This document shows, piece by piece, positions 9,864 to 17,426 of a stretch of 32,000 nucleotides of DNA. A program made the position numbers and the translations under genes. A model generated the notes under the pieces. That model was not told the origin of the DNA and made no database searches. It saw nothing but the letters and a program-made list of their open reading frames with translations. Each line of letters begins with the position of its first letter. Position 1 is the stretch's first letter. The stretch comes from Candidatus Arthromitus sp. SFB-mouse-Japan (GTDB taxonomy: Bacteria > Bacillota > Clostridia > Clostridiales > Clostridiaceae), in contig NC_015913.1 in the NCBI RefSeq assembly GCF_000270205.1, forward strand, positions 1,440,001-1,472,000, written 5' to 3'.

Positions 9864-10025
9864 CTATCTTCTTACTTCTCTTCTTTGATTCTTTCTTGCA
9901 CGTCTGCAATCTGGACATCTTACTGGATCATTTTCAAATCCTTTTTCCTTAAAAAAGTCCTGCTCCCCTACCGTGAACACAAACTCTTTTCCACAATCTT
10001 TACAAGTAATATTCTTATCACTCAC
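9864..10025 (-). CDS. Small zinc-ribbon protein (CxxC...CxxC; 'probable zinc-ribbon domain' family-like)
   Basis: Not in the ORF track (53 aa). GAGGAG RBS, then an 8-nt spacer, then GTG (10025-10023). Translation: VSDKNITCKDCGKEFVFTVGEQDFFKEKGFENDPVRCPDCRRARKNQRREVRR. The CxxCG..F.FT.GEQ.F...KGF...P.RC..CR pattern matches a conserved bacterial zinc-ribbon repeat (from memory). Confidence 0.7.
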   Translation of the reverse strand: MSDKNITCKDCGKEFVFTVGEQDFFKEKGFENDPVRCPDCRRARKNQRREVRR

Positions 10026-10040
10026 GCTAAACACTCCTCA

Positions 10041-10100
10041 CGTTCATAGGAATTATTTGAATGGGACCCCTTATCCTCTCATATCAAGAATTTATGAACG
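10041..10100 (-). promoter_or_regulatory. Imperfect 60-nt stem-loop in the 5' leader of the zinc-ribbon/trpS unit
   Basis: Minus strand reads CGUUCAUA-AAUU-c-UUGA ... UCAA-au-AAUU-cc-UAUGAACG. The base of the stem ends 1 nt before the GAGGAG SD. The apical part, GAGAGGAUAAGGGGUCCC, is the most GC-rich non-coding patch in the window. Confidence 0.3.
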
Positions 10101-10145
10101 AAAGAATGTGTGCCTTAAACCAAATCTATTCCTTATATTTATTAC

Positions 10146-10221
10146 AAATGTAATTATATACTTAATTTATAAACAATTCAATATAAAAATTTATTATTTT
10201 TTTTATAAATGTAATTATATA
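10146..10221. repeat. Direct 15-nt repeat AAATGTAATTATATA (two copies, 61 nt apart)
   Basis: Copies at 10146-10160 and 10207-10221, in the divergent intergenic region between the zinc-ribbon gene and the GGDEF gene. Copy 1 overlaps the predicted minus-strand -10 box. Confidence 0.6.
10153..10181 (-). promoter_or_regulatory. Putative sigma-A promoter for the zinc-ribbon/trpS unit
   Basis: Minus strand: TTGAAT (10181-10176), a 17-nt spacer, then TATAAT (10158-10153). This predicts a leader of about 120 nt. Confidence 0.45.
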
Positions 10222-10327
10222 TTCTATATTTCTATACTAATTTCTACATATTTTTTATTAAATTAATAAACATTATATATTTAGTTAATAATAAAGATGA
10301 AACTTTTATATAAAGAAGGTGTTTAAA

Positions 10328-11398
10328 ATGACATCATCAAAGGATACGATCAACAATACTCCATCCATAGAGCTTGATGTATATAAGAAGCTTGTAAAAG
10401 AAGAATCTGATAGATTAAAACAACAAAACGATTCTCTTCAGTATAAACTTTCAATAACAAGCAATCTACTTGATATAAGCAAATATTTAAATACACGTAT
10501 TGCTAATGATAATATTTTTAATGTAATAAATGACGTTGCAATAGCTATATTTGGAGTTAAATATTCCACAATTATAGTAAAAGAATCAGAAAATACTTAC
10601 TTAAACATTTCAAATGTAAATAGTAAGAATTATAAAAACTTTAACTTTATGCACAAGTTTTTTGGAGAAGAAACATTTCTCATATCATGCAAACAAAAAT
10701 TAAATATAGACTCCATAAAAGAACATGACTCTAAATCTCTACTTGGTTATCCAATATTCCGTAAAAAAGAATTTGTTGGATACATGATACTTGAGCATCC
10801 GTACGAAAATTTCTTCGATACTCATAAAGTTCATTTCTTGGGAGCTCTTGCAGATCTTTTAGCTATGACATATGAAAACTATATGTTATATAAACAATTA
10901 GATGAAAAATCTAAAAATGATCCCATATTAAATATTCTAACAAGAGCTGAATTCATAAATAGATTAAATAAAATTATAAACAAAAAACCTCAAAAGGATT
11001 TTGCATTAGTTATGATAGACGTTGATAATTTTAAACATATAAACGATTCACATGGACATATATTCGGAGATTCTGCTTTAATACAAACAACAAATGTTAT
11101 AAAAGAACTCTTAAATGAAAATGATATATTTGCAAGATATGGAGGGGATGAGTTTATCTTATATACAAACTCATTTGACTCCATAAAAGAATTAGTAACA
11201 AAGATTGAAAAACTAAGAATGAGCGTTGAAAAAAATACAATTGAAGTTAATGGATCTAAATCAAGTGTTACTATGAGTTTTGGGATATCTGTATATCCAT
11301 ATGATGGTAAAACACTCGATTCTTTATTAAATTTTGCTGATAATATGCTATATAAGGCTAAAGAAAATGGAAAAAATAAAGTAGAAATAAATTTATAA
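10328..11398 (+). CDS. Cytoplasmic GAF-like/GGDEF diguanylate cyclase
   Basis: Intact active-site motif RYGGDEFILY, and FALVMIDVDNFKHINDSHGHIFGD. The N-terminus has a coiled-coil and a GAF-like region and no TM segment. I prefer the ATG at 10328 (GAAGGTG RBS) to the GTG at 10319. Confidence 0.9.
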   Translation: MTSSKDTINNTPSIELDVYKKLVKEESDRLKQQNDSLQYKLSITSNLLDISKYLNTRIANDNIFNVINDVAIAIFGVKYSTIIVKESENTYLNISNVNSKNYKNFNFMHKFFGEETFLISCKQKLNIDSIKEHDSKSLLGYPIFRKKEFVGYMILEHPYENFFDTHKVHFLGALADLLAMTYENYMLYKQLDEKSKNDPILNILTRAEFINRLNKIINKKPQKDFALVMIDVDNFKHINDSHGHIFGDSALIQTTNVIKELLNENDIFARYGGDEFILYTNSFDSIKELVTKIEKLRMSVEKNTIEVNGSKSSVTMSFGISVYPYDGKTLDSLLNFADNMLYKAKENGKNKVEINL

Positions 11399-11402
11399 TT
11401 TA

Positions 11403-11431
11403 TTGATGCCCTTATGCGTTGTATGTATAAT
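11403..11431 (+). promoter_or_regulatory. Putative sigma-A promoter for the metallophosphoesterase/alarmone-synthetase pair
   Basis: TTGATG (11403-11408), a 17-nt spacer ending in TG, then TATAAT (11426-11431). It lies immediately after the GGDEF stop codon. Confidence 0.55.
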
Positions 11432-11464
11432 ATAACTTGCAGAGATTTTTAGGGAGTGATTAAT

Positions 11465-12160
11465 TTGAACTTATTTGCAATATCAGACTTACATTTATCA
11501 TTTAATTCTGAAAAACCAATGGATGTTTTTGGAAAAATATGGATTGATCACTTTAATAAAATTAAGGAAAATTGGTTAAAACTAGTTTGCGATGATGATT
11601 TAATTCTAATATGTGGAGATACGTCATGGGCAATGAACATAAATGATGCCATTCCAGACCTTAATTGGATAGATAATCTTCCTGGTAAAAAAATCATCAT
11701 AAAAGGCAACCATGATTTTTGGTGGACTAGTATAAATAAATTAAACTCTATTTACGAGAATATAAAGTTTATTCAAAATAATTATATTTCATTTAAAGAG
11801 TATGCAATCTGTGGAAGTCGAGGTTTTAATATAGATATTCTAAACTCACAAGATGAAAAAAATCATCTAAAAATATTGGAGAGAGAAAAAGTAAGAATGA
11901 ATTTATCCTTACGCTCTGCTAAAAAAGATGGATACGAAAAAATAATTTATATGAGTCACTATCCCCCTTTTTCAATAAATAATATCTCTCCAAATAAAAA
12001 TATTTTTATAAATATATTGAATGAATATAATGTGGAAATAGTCATATATGGACATATCCACAATAATTTTGAAAAATTTTATGATAGAAAGATAAATCAT
12101 ACAAAATACTACTTAACATCTTGTGATTATTTAAACTTTATTCCCCTAAAAATCTTATAA
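11465..12160 (+). CDS. Calcineurin-like metallophosphoesterase
   Basis: Metallophosphoesterase motifs DLHL (ISDLHLS), GDTSWA, GNHDFWW and GHIHN. I prefer the TTG at 11465 (GGGAG plus an 8-nt spacer) to the listed GTG at 11456, which abuts the SD. Confidence 0.85.
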   Translation: MNLFAISDLHLSFNSEKPMDVFGKIWIDHFNKIKENWLKLVCDDDLILICGDTSWAMNINDAIPDLNWIDNLPGKKIIIKGNHDFWWTSINKLNSIYENIKFIQNNYISFKEYAICGSRGFNIDILNSQDEKNHLKILEREKVRMNLSLRSAKKDGYEKIIYMSHYPPFSINNISPNKNIFINILNEYNVEIVIYGHIHNNFEKFYDRKINHTKYYLTSCDYLNFIPLKIL

Positions 12161-12193
12161 AATTATTTATTTTCTAGCTAATGGGTGATTATT

Positions 12194-12988
12194 ATGGCTA
12201 TAAAACAATGGAAAACCTTTCTTATGCCATACCAACAAGCTGTTGAGGAACTAAAAATTAAATTTAAAAGTATTCGTAAAGAGTTTAAATTTAAAAATGA
12301 GTATTCCCCTATTGAGTTTGTTACAGGTAGAGTTAAAGAAGTGGCTAGTATACTTGAAAAAGTTAAGAAGTTTAACATTCCTATAGATAGAATAGAATTT
12401 GAACTCGAAGATATCGCTGGAATTCGAATAATGTGCCAATTTGTAGATGATATAATGAAGGTAGTAAATATAATAAGAAAACGAAAAGATTTAACTATTC
12501 TATATGAAAAAGACTACATAACAAATGTAAAAGAAAGTGGTTACAGAAGTTACCATATCATAATTAAATATCCTGTTAATTTATCCATAGGATGCAAAGA
12601 GATCATATCAGAAATACAAATTAGAACTCTTGGAATGAACTTTTGGGCAACAGCAGAACATTCCTTAAACTATAAATATAAACAGCATATACCTAATAAT
12701 TTAAAAAATAAACTCAAACAAGCTGCAGATACTGTATACAAACTAGACGAGTTAATGATGCAAATAAAAGATGAGATAAGAGATGCTCAGAGATTATTTG
12801 ATGTTAAATCACACATAGTTTCAAATATAACTGATGCTCTAACGAGTTTAATATCACTAGGTGGACTAAAAGAGTTTACAAATTATCAAATGCAACTTAC
12901 AGCGCTCATAGAAATTGGAGATGTAAATCAATTAAATTCTCTGCTACTTAAAATACAGAGGGATATCGATAAATATAAAAATTTTTAA
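12194..12988 (+). CDS. Small alarmone synthetase (RelA/SpoT-domain GTP pyrophosphokinase, RelP/YwaC-RelQ/YjbM type)
   Basis: Collinear by eye with B. subtilis YwaC: GRVKEVASI, DIAGIRIMCQFVDD, SGYRSYHIII and EIQIRTLGMNFWATAEHSLNYKY. There is no HD hydrolase domain. ATG at 12194 with GGGTGA RBS, 33 nt after the metallophosphoesterase stop and with no hairpin between them. Confidence 0.9.
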   Translation: MAIKQWKTFLMPYQQAVEELKIKFKSIRKEFKFKNEYSPIEFVTGRVKEVASILEKVKKFNIPIDRIEFELEDIAGIRIMCQFVDDIMKVVNIIRKRKDLTILYEKDYITNVKESGYRSYHIIIKYPVNLSIGCKEIISEIQIRTLGMNFWATAEHSLNYKYKQHIPNNLKNKLKQAADTVYKLDELMMQIKDEIRDAQRLFDVKSHIVSNITDALTSLISLGGLKEFTNYQMQLTALIEIGDVNQLNSLLLKIQRDIDKYKNF

Positions 12989-13014
12989 AGACTTCTAAAC
13001 ATATTTAGAAGTCT
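12989..13014 (+). terminator. Hairpin (weak terminator or attenuator) between the alarmone synthetase and prfC
   Basis: AGACTTCTAAA pairs with TTTAGAAGTCT (11 bp, 4-nt loop). The trailing U-run is poor (UAAUUUA), so read-through into prfC is plausible. Confidence 0.45.
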
Positions 13015-13039
13015 TAATTTATACTAACGAGGTTTAATA

Positions 13040-14635
13040 ATGAATAATTTTATAGATGAAATTAAAAAAAGAAGAACATTTGGTATAATATCACATCCAG
13101 ATGCAGGTAAAACTACTTTAACAGAAAAATTATTATTATATGGTGGGGCGATACGTCTTGCTGGATCTGTTAAAGCTCGTAAATCTTCAAAACACGCCAC
13201 ATCTGATTGGATGGATATAGAAAAACAGAGAGGAATATCTGTTACAAGTTCAGTTCTTCAATTTAACTATGATGGATTTTGTATAAACATATTAGATACC
13301 CCTGGACATGAAGACTTTTCAGAAGATACATATAGAACTCTTGTGGCATGCGATTCTGCTGTAATGGTTATAGATGGTTCAAAAGGTATTGAGTTACAAA
13401 CAAAAAAACTATTCCATGTGTGTGCCATTCTAAACATACCTATTTTTACTTTCATAAATAAAGTTGATCGTGAAATTAAAAATCCTTTTGATTTAATTGA
13501 AGAAATTGAACAAGAACTAGGTATAAATTGCTATCCTATGAATTGGCCAATTGGATGTGGAGATAATTTTAAAGGAATATATCAAAGAGATGAGGAGAAG
13601 ATATATACATTCTTAAATAAAAATCATGGACAAGATATTATAGATTCATATGACGGTAATTATAAAGAAGAGATTTTCAAAGATATATTAGGAGAACAAT
13701 TACACAAAACTTTAATTGAAGATATAGATCTATTAAACATATTAGATACACCATTTGATCATGATAAAATATTAGAAGGTAAAATTACCCCTGTATTTTT
13801 CGGATCTGCAATAACGAATTTTGGAGTTGAAATATTTCTAAAAAACTTTCTTAAATATTCTTCAATTCCAATTAAACGTGAATCTACAATTGGCTACATT
13901 TCACCTTTTGAAGATTATTTCTCAGCATTTGTGTTTAAAATACAGGCAAATATGAATCCAAAGCATAGAGATAGAATAGCATTTATGAGAATATGCTCAG
14001 GTAAATTTCAAAAAGGTATGGAAGTATCTCATATACAAAACAACAATAAAATTAAGCTTTCTCAACCCCAGCAATTCTTTGCTCAAGAAAAAGAACTAAT
14101 AGATGAAGCATATGCAGGAGATATAATAGGTGTATTTGATCCAGGTATATTTTCAATTGGTGATACACTAACAACTTCAAAAACTCAATTTAAATTCAAT
14201 GGTATGCCATCATTCTCTCCTGAATTATTTGCAACTATTAAACCAACTAATTCAATGAAAAGAAAACAATTTTTAAAAGGAGTTACTCAAATTGCCCAGG
14301 AAGGAGCTATACAAGTATTCAGAGAATTTAACTTTGGTATGGAAGAAGTTATAATTGGAGTTATTGGAAATCTACAATTCGAAGTTCTTGAATATAGATT
14401 AAAACACGAATATAACACAGATATTAAAATAAACAAAATCCCTTATTCTTTCATAAGATGGATTGAAAAATCAGATGTTCCAGTTGATAATTTAAATCTA
14501 ACTAATGATACTAAAAAAGCAATAGATTTGAAAGGTAGAAATATATTGATATTCCAAAATAATTGGGAAATACAATGGGCATTAGATAAAAACCCATCAA
14601 TTATTTTATCTGATATAGGAAAATTTCAAGATTAA
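13040..14635 (+). CDS. prfC: Peptide chain release factor 3
   Basis: 531 aa. GTPase G1 motif GIISHPDAGKTTLTEKLLLYGGAI, DTPGHEDF and NKVDR. The overall layout is RF3-like. Confidence 0.95.
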   Translation: MNNFIDEIKKRRTFGIISHPDAGKTTLTEKLLLYGGAIRLAGSVKARKSSKHATSDWMDIEKQRGISVTSSVLQFNYDGFCINILDTPGHEDFSEDTYRTLVACDSAVMVIDGSKGIELQTKKLFHVCAILNIPIFTFINKVDREIKNPFDLIEEIEQELGINCYPMNWPIGCGDNFKGIYQRDEEKIYTFLNKNHGQDIIDSYDGNYKEEIFKDILGEQLHKTLIEDIDLLNILDTPFDHDKILEGKITPVFFGSAITNFGVEIFLKNFLKYSSIPIKRESTIGYISPFEDYFSAFVFKIQANMNPKHRDRIAFMRICSGKFQKGMEVSHIQNNNKIKLSQPQQFFAQEKELIDEAYAGDIIGVFDPGIFSIGDTLTTSKTQFKFNGMPSFSPELFATIKPTNSMKRKQFLKGVTQIAQEGAIQVFREFNFGMEEVIIGVIGNLQFEVLEYRLKHEYNTDIKINKIPYSFIRWIEKSDVPVDNLNLTNDTKKAIDLKGRNILIFQNNWEIQWALDKNPSIILSDIGKFQD

Positions 14636-14693
14636 AATATTAATAAAATGTTAATACTAACCTTAATTAAAATTTAAAAGGAGTTGTTTTCTT

Positions 14694-14858
14694 ATGGATA
14701 GAAAGTATGGTCCTAAGATACGTATATCTGATAAAACGAACAAGGCTATTGAAAATTATAATAAGGTTAATAACACTAATATTCCAAACCCTAAAACAGA
14801 CCCTATCGTTGTTAATAATATAGCTTCTATGGAATTTGATTATACAGAGGAAGATTAA
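14694..14858 (+). CDS. Hypothetical 54-aa protein
   Basis: AAAGGAG RBS, then ATG at 14694. Translation: MDRKYGPKIRISDKTNKAIENYNKVNNTNIPNPKTDPIVVNNIASMEFDYTEED. A clean terminator follows directly. This reading is preferred over the antisense 70-aa ORF listed at 14667..14879, which has no such signals. Confidence 0.45.
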   Translation: MDRKYGPKIRISDKTNKAIENYNKVNNTNIPNPKTDPIVVNNIASMEFDYTEED

Positions 14859-14890
14859 ATGTGCTTCATTGAGGCACATTTTTATTTTTT
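14857..14890 (+). terminator. Rho-independent terminator
   Basis: AATGTGC ... GCACATT stem followed by TTTTTATTTTTT. Confidence 0.7.
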
Positions 14891-14991
14891 ATAACGAATT
14901 TTAGAATTCAAAAATAAAGTATCACTTTAAATGCACATAACATAAACTTACATATTATCATTAAAAAATATTTTCTAAGGAGAATAATGGA

Positions 14992-15813
14992 ATGAATTTA
15001 TTAATTATCGGTGGAGATGAGAGATCAATATGCTTAAAGAACATACTTGAGAATAATAACTTTAATACACATTCCTTATTTTTAAACACGGACAAAAATG
15101 AAATTAAAAATTTAAACAATTTCGATACAATTTTCCTCCCAATACCATTTGAGAGAAACTCAAAATTAAATGCACCATTTTATAATGAAGAAATAAACCC
15201 CTCATATATACTCGAAAAGCTAAAACATTTTAATGGAACAATAATTGGAGGATTTGATAAAAAAAGTGAAGATTTCTTTATAAACGAAAATTTAAACTTT
15301 AAAAATATATTAAAAGATGAAACTTTCACATTAATCAATGCCATAATAACAGCTGAAGGCTCAATAGAAAAATTAATACATGAAAGCGAGAAAAGCCTAT
15401 TTGAGTCAGATGCATGTATATTAGGGTATGGACGAATAGGAAAAGCCCTTGCTAGAAGAATAGATCCTATATGTAATAAATTAATAGTATATAATAATCC
15501 ATCTATAAATTTAACTCATACAAGAATAGATAACATAAAATCTTACCAAATTAAATATTTTAAAGATCATGCATCACAATATGACATAATAATAAACACC
15601 ATACCTCATTTAATTATAAATTCAGAAATCTTAGATAATTTAAACCAAAACACACTAATATTAGATCTTTCATCTTATCCTGGTGGCGTTGATTTTTCTT
15701 ATGCCAAAAAACTTAAAATAAAAGTTATACATTACTTAGGAATACCAGCTAAAGTCTCAAAATATAGTTCATCAAATGCAATTTTCAATTTCTTTTTAAA
15801 AACTTTAAAATAG
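14992..15813 (+). CDS. dpaA: Dipicolinate synthase subunit A (SpoVFA/DpaA)
   Basis: Collinear by eye with B. subtilis SpoVFA: IIGGDER, ...FLPIP, NAIITAEGSI, ILGYGRIGKALARR (Rossmann), IINTIP, LILDLSSYPGGVDFSYAKK and LGIPAKV. Confidence 0.85.
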   Translation: MNLLIIGGDERSICLKNILENNNFNTHSLFLNTDKNEIKNLNNFDTIFLPIPFERNSKLNAPFYNEEINPSYILEKLKHFNGTIIGGFDKKSEDFFINENLNFKNILKDETFTLINAIITAEGSIEKLIHESEKSLFESDACILGYGRIGKALARRIDPICNKLIVYNNPSINLTHTRIDNIKSYQIKYFKDHASQYDIIINTIPHLIINSEILDNLNQNTLILDLSSYPGGVDFSYAKKLKIKVIHYLGIPAKVSKYSSSNAIFNFFLKTLK

Positions 15814-15868
15814 GCTGAATAATTTGTTTACTTTCTTCTAAAAATAACACAGAAGGAAGTGATTATAC

Positions 15869-16021
15869 ATGGATCCTAGAGATATTTGGGATGTAGAAGA
15901 TATATTTGATTTAGTTGAAAATAATCATAACAAATTCAACAATAATATAGAATACAATGAATTTGAAAATAATAAAGATGATAATTTTTATGATTTCTCA
16001 AACGATGATTTACCATATTAA
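15869..16021 (+). CDS. Hypothetical 50-aa highly acidic peptide
   Basis: GGAAGTGA RBS, a 6-nt spacer, then ATG at 15869. Translation: MDPRDIWDVEDIFDLVENNHNKFNNNIEYNEFENNKDDNFYDFSNDDLPY. A strong terminator follows. It occupies the slot where dpaB normally sits. Confidence 0.4.
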   Translation: MDPRDIWDVEDIFDLVENNHNKFNNNIEYNEFENNKDDNFYDFSNDDLPY

Positions 16022-16050
16022 AAAGGCTAGTTTAAAAACTAGCCTTTTTA
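16021..16050. terminator. Bidirectional terminator (dpaA unit / tyrS)
   Basis: AAAAGGCTAGTTT pairs with AAACTAGCCTTTT, with A/T runs on both sides. The tyrS stop codon (16050-16048) abuts the hairpin. Confidence 0.75.
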
Positions 16051-17268
16051 ATTTAATAAATTTAATATGTAGAAATTTTTCTTGCCTCTTTTTAAAATAA
16101 CTTTCCCATCTTTAAAATGCTCTTTCTTTAATAAAAAATTTGAATCAGTTATCTTTTCATCATGTATTGAAACTCCACCCTGAGATATAAGTCTTCTTCC
16201 TTCAGACTTTGATGGTAATATCTTAAGATCAACCAAAACATCTAAAAATAAATTTCCACTTTCTTGAATCTTAATATAATAATTAAGTGCCCCTTCTAAA
16301 TTTCCAATACCTGAAAATAAAGCTCTAGCTGCTTCTTGACATTTAATAGCCTCATCTTCACCATGTATTATTTTAGTAACCTCAAAGGCTAAAACCTCCT
16401 TAGCCTTATTTATTTCAGCACTCTCAACTTTACATAAATCTTCTATCTCATCTAATGGTAAAAATGTTAACATCTTTAATGTTCTCTCTACATCACCATC
16501 TCCAATATTTCTCCAATATTGATAAAAATCATATACAGATGTTTTTTCCTTATCAAGCCATACAGCACCACTCTCTGTCTTACCCATTTTTTTACCATCA
16601 CTTGTAAGAAGTAAATTACACGTCAAAGCATACACCTGTTTACCTGTCTTCTTCTTAATTAAATCCATACCAGCTATCATATTTGACCATTGATCATCTC
16701 CTCCGAGTTGCATTATACAATTATACTTCTCATTTAAATACAAAAAATCATATGCTTGCATAATCATATAATTAAACTCAATAAAACTTAATCCCTTCTC
16801 AAGTCTCTGTTTAAAACACTCTGCTCTGAGCATATTATTAACAGAAAATTTGGTACCGATTTCCCTAAGGAAATCAATATAATTAAGTTTTAAAATCCAA
16901 TCAGCATTATTAATCATAATAGCTTTATTATCCGAAAAATCTATAAACTTTTTCATTTGATTTTTTATCTTATGTAAATTATCACTTATTGTATCGACAG
17001 ATAACATTTTTCTCATATCTACTTTACCTGTGGGATCACCAACCATAACAGTACCACCGCCAACAAGTACAATAGGTTTATGACCATACTTCTGCATATG
17101 AGACATAAACATAAGTGTCACAAAATGACCAACAGTTAAACTATCTGCTGTAGGATCATATCCTATATAAAAAACCACTTTTTCATCATTTACAAGTTTC
17201 TTTATTTCTTCTAAATGAGTGGCCTGTTTAATAAAACCCCGATTCTCTAATTCATTAAATAAACTCAT
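16048..17268 (-). CDS. tyrS: Tyrosyl-tRNA synthetase
   Basis: 406 aa. HIGH-type motif (LTVGHF), KMSKS-type motif (KMGKT) and a C-terminal S4-like RNA-binding domain ([17 protein letters not shown]). Confidence 0.95.
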   Translation of the reverse strand: MSLFNELENRGFIKQATHLEEIKKLVNDEKVVFYIGYDPTADSLTVGHFVTLMFMSHMQKYGHKPIVLVGGGTVMVGDPTGKVDMRKMLSVDTISDNLHKIKNQMKKFIDFSDNKAIMINNADWILKLNYIDFLREIGTKFSVNNMLRAECFKQRLEKGLSFIEFNYMIMQAYDFLYLNEKYNCIMQLGGDDQWSNMIAGMDLIKKKTGKQVYALTCNLLLTSDGKKMGKTESGAVWLDKEKTSVYDFYQYWRNIGDGDVERTLKMLTFLPLDEIEDLCKVESAEINKAKEVLAFEVTKIIHGEDEAIKCQEAARALFSGIGNLEGALNYYIKIQESGNLFLDVLVDLKILPSKSEGRRLISQGGVSIHDEKITDSNFLLKKEHFKDGKVILKRGKKNFYILNLLN

Positions 17269-17303
17269 ACTAAATTCCTCTTATTCCAAAGTTTTATATG
17301 CTC

Positions 17304-17332
17304 ATTATATCATAGAATAACATTTTATAATA
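17304..17332 (-). promoter_or_regulatory. Putative extended -10 promoter for tyrS
   Basis: Minus strand has TGATATAAT (17312-17304). The -35 is poor (TATTAT). The predicted leader is only about 30 nt. Confidence 0.4.
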
Positions 17333-17373
17333 GAAATCGTATCACCAATAGTAATATACTCTTTATTCATTAT

Positions 17374-17413
17374 TAAAAAAATGACTTTTACACAGTTACA
17401 ATGTGCAAAAGTC
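17374..17413 (-). terminator. Rho-independent terminator of the giant gene
   Basis: Minus strand: GACUUUUGCACA, a 7-nt loop, then UGUGUAAAAGUC (12 bp, one G-U pair), then UUUUUUU. Confidence 0.7.
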
Positions 17414-17426
17414 TCCAATAATAAAT

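Noticed and set aside
9973-10266. Listed 97-aa plus-strand ORF in the trpS/GGDEF intergenic region
   Set aside because: It has no SD. Its sequence is low-complexity and Ile/Leu/Tyr/Phe-rich, as expected from translating AT-rich non-coding DNA. It overlaps the better-supported minus-strand zinc-ribbon ORF, the leader hairpin and the promoter repeats.
12194-12988. Toxic small alarmone synthetase (toxSAS) toxin-antitoxin module
   Set aside because: The protein is collinear with housekeeping RelP/YwaC-type synthetases. There is no small overlapping antitoxin ORF on either side. The upstream partner is a 231-aa metallophosphoesterase with ordinary spacing. The context is housekeeping and not mobile.
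14667-14879. Listed 70-aa minus-strand ORF
   Set aside because: The opposite strand carries a 54-aa ORF with AAAGGAG SD and an immediate Rho-independent terminator. The minus ORF has neither and would run through that terminator.
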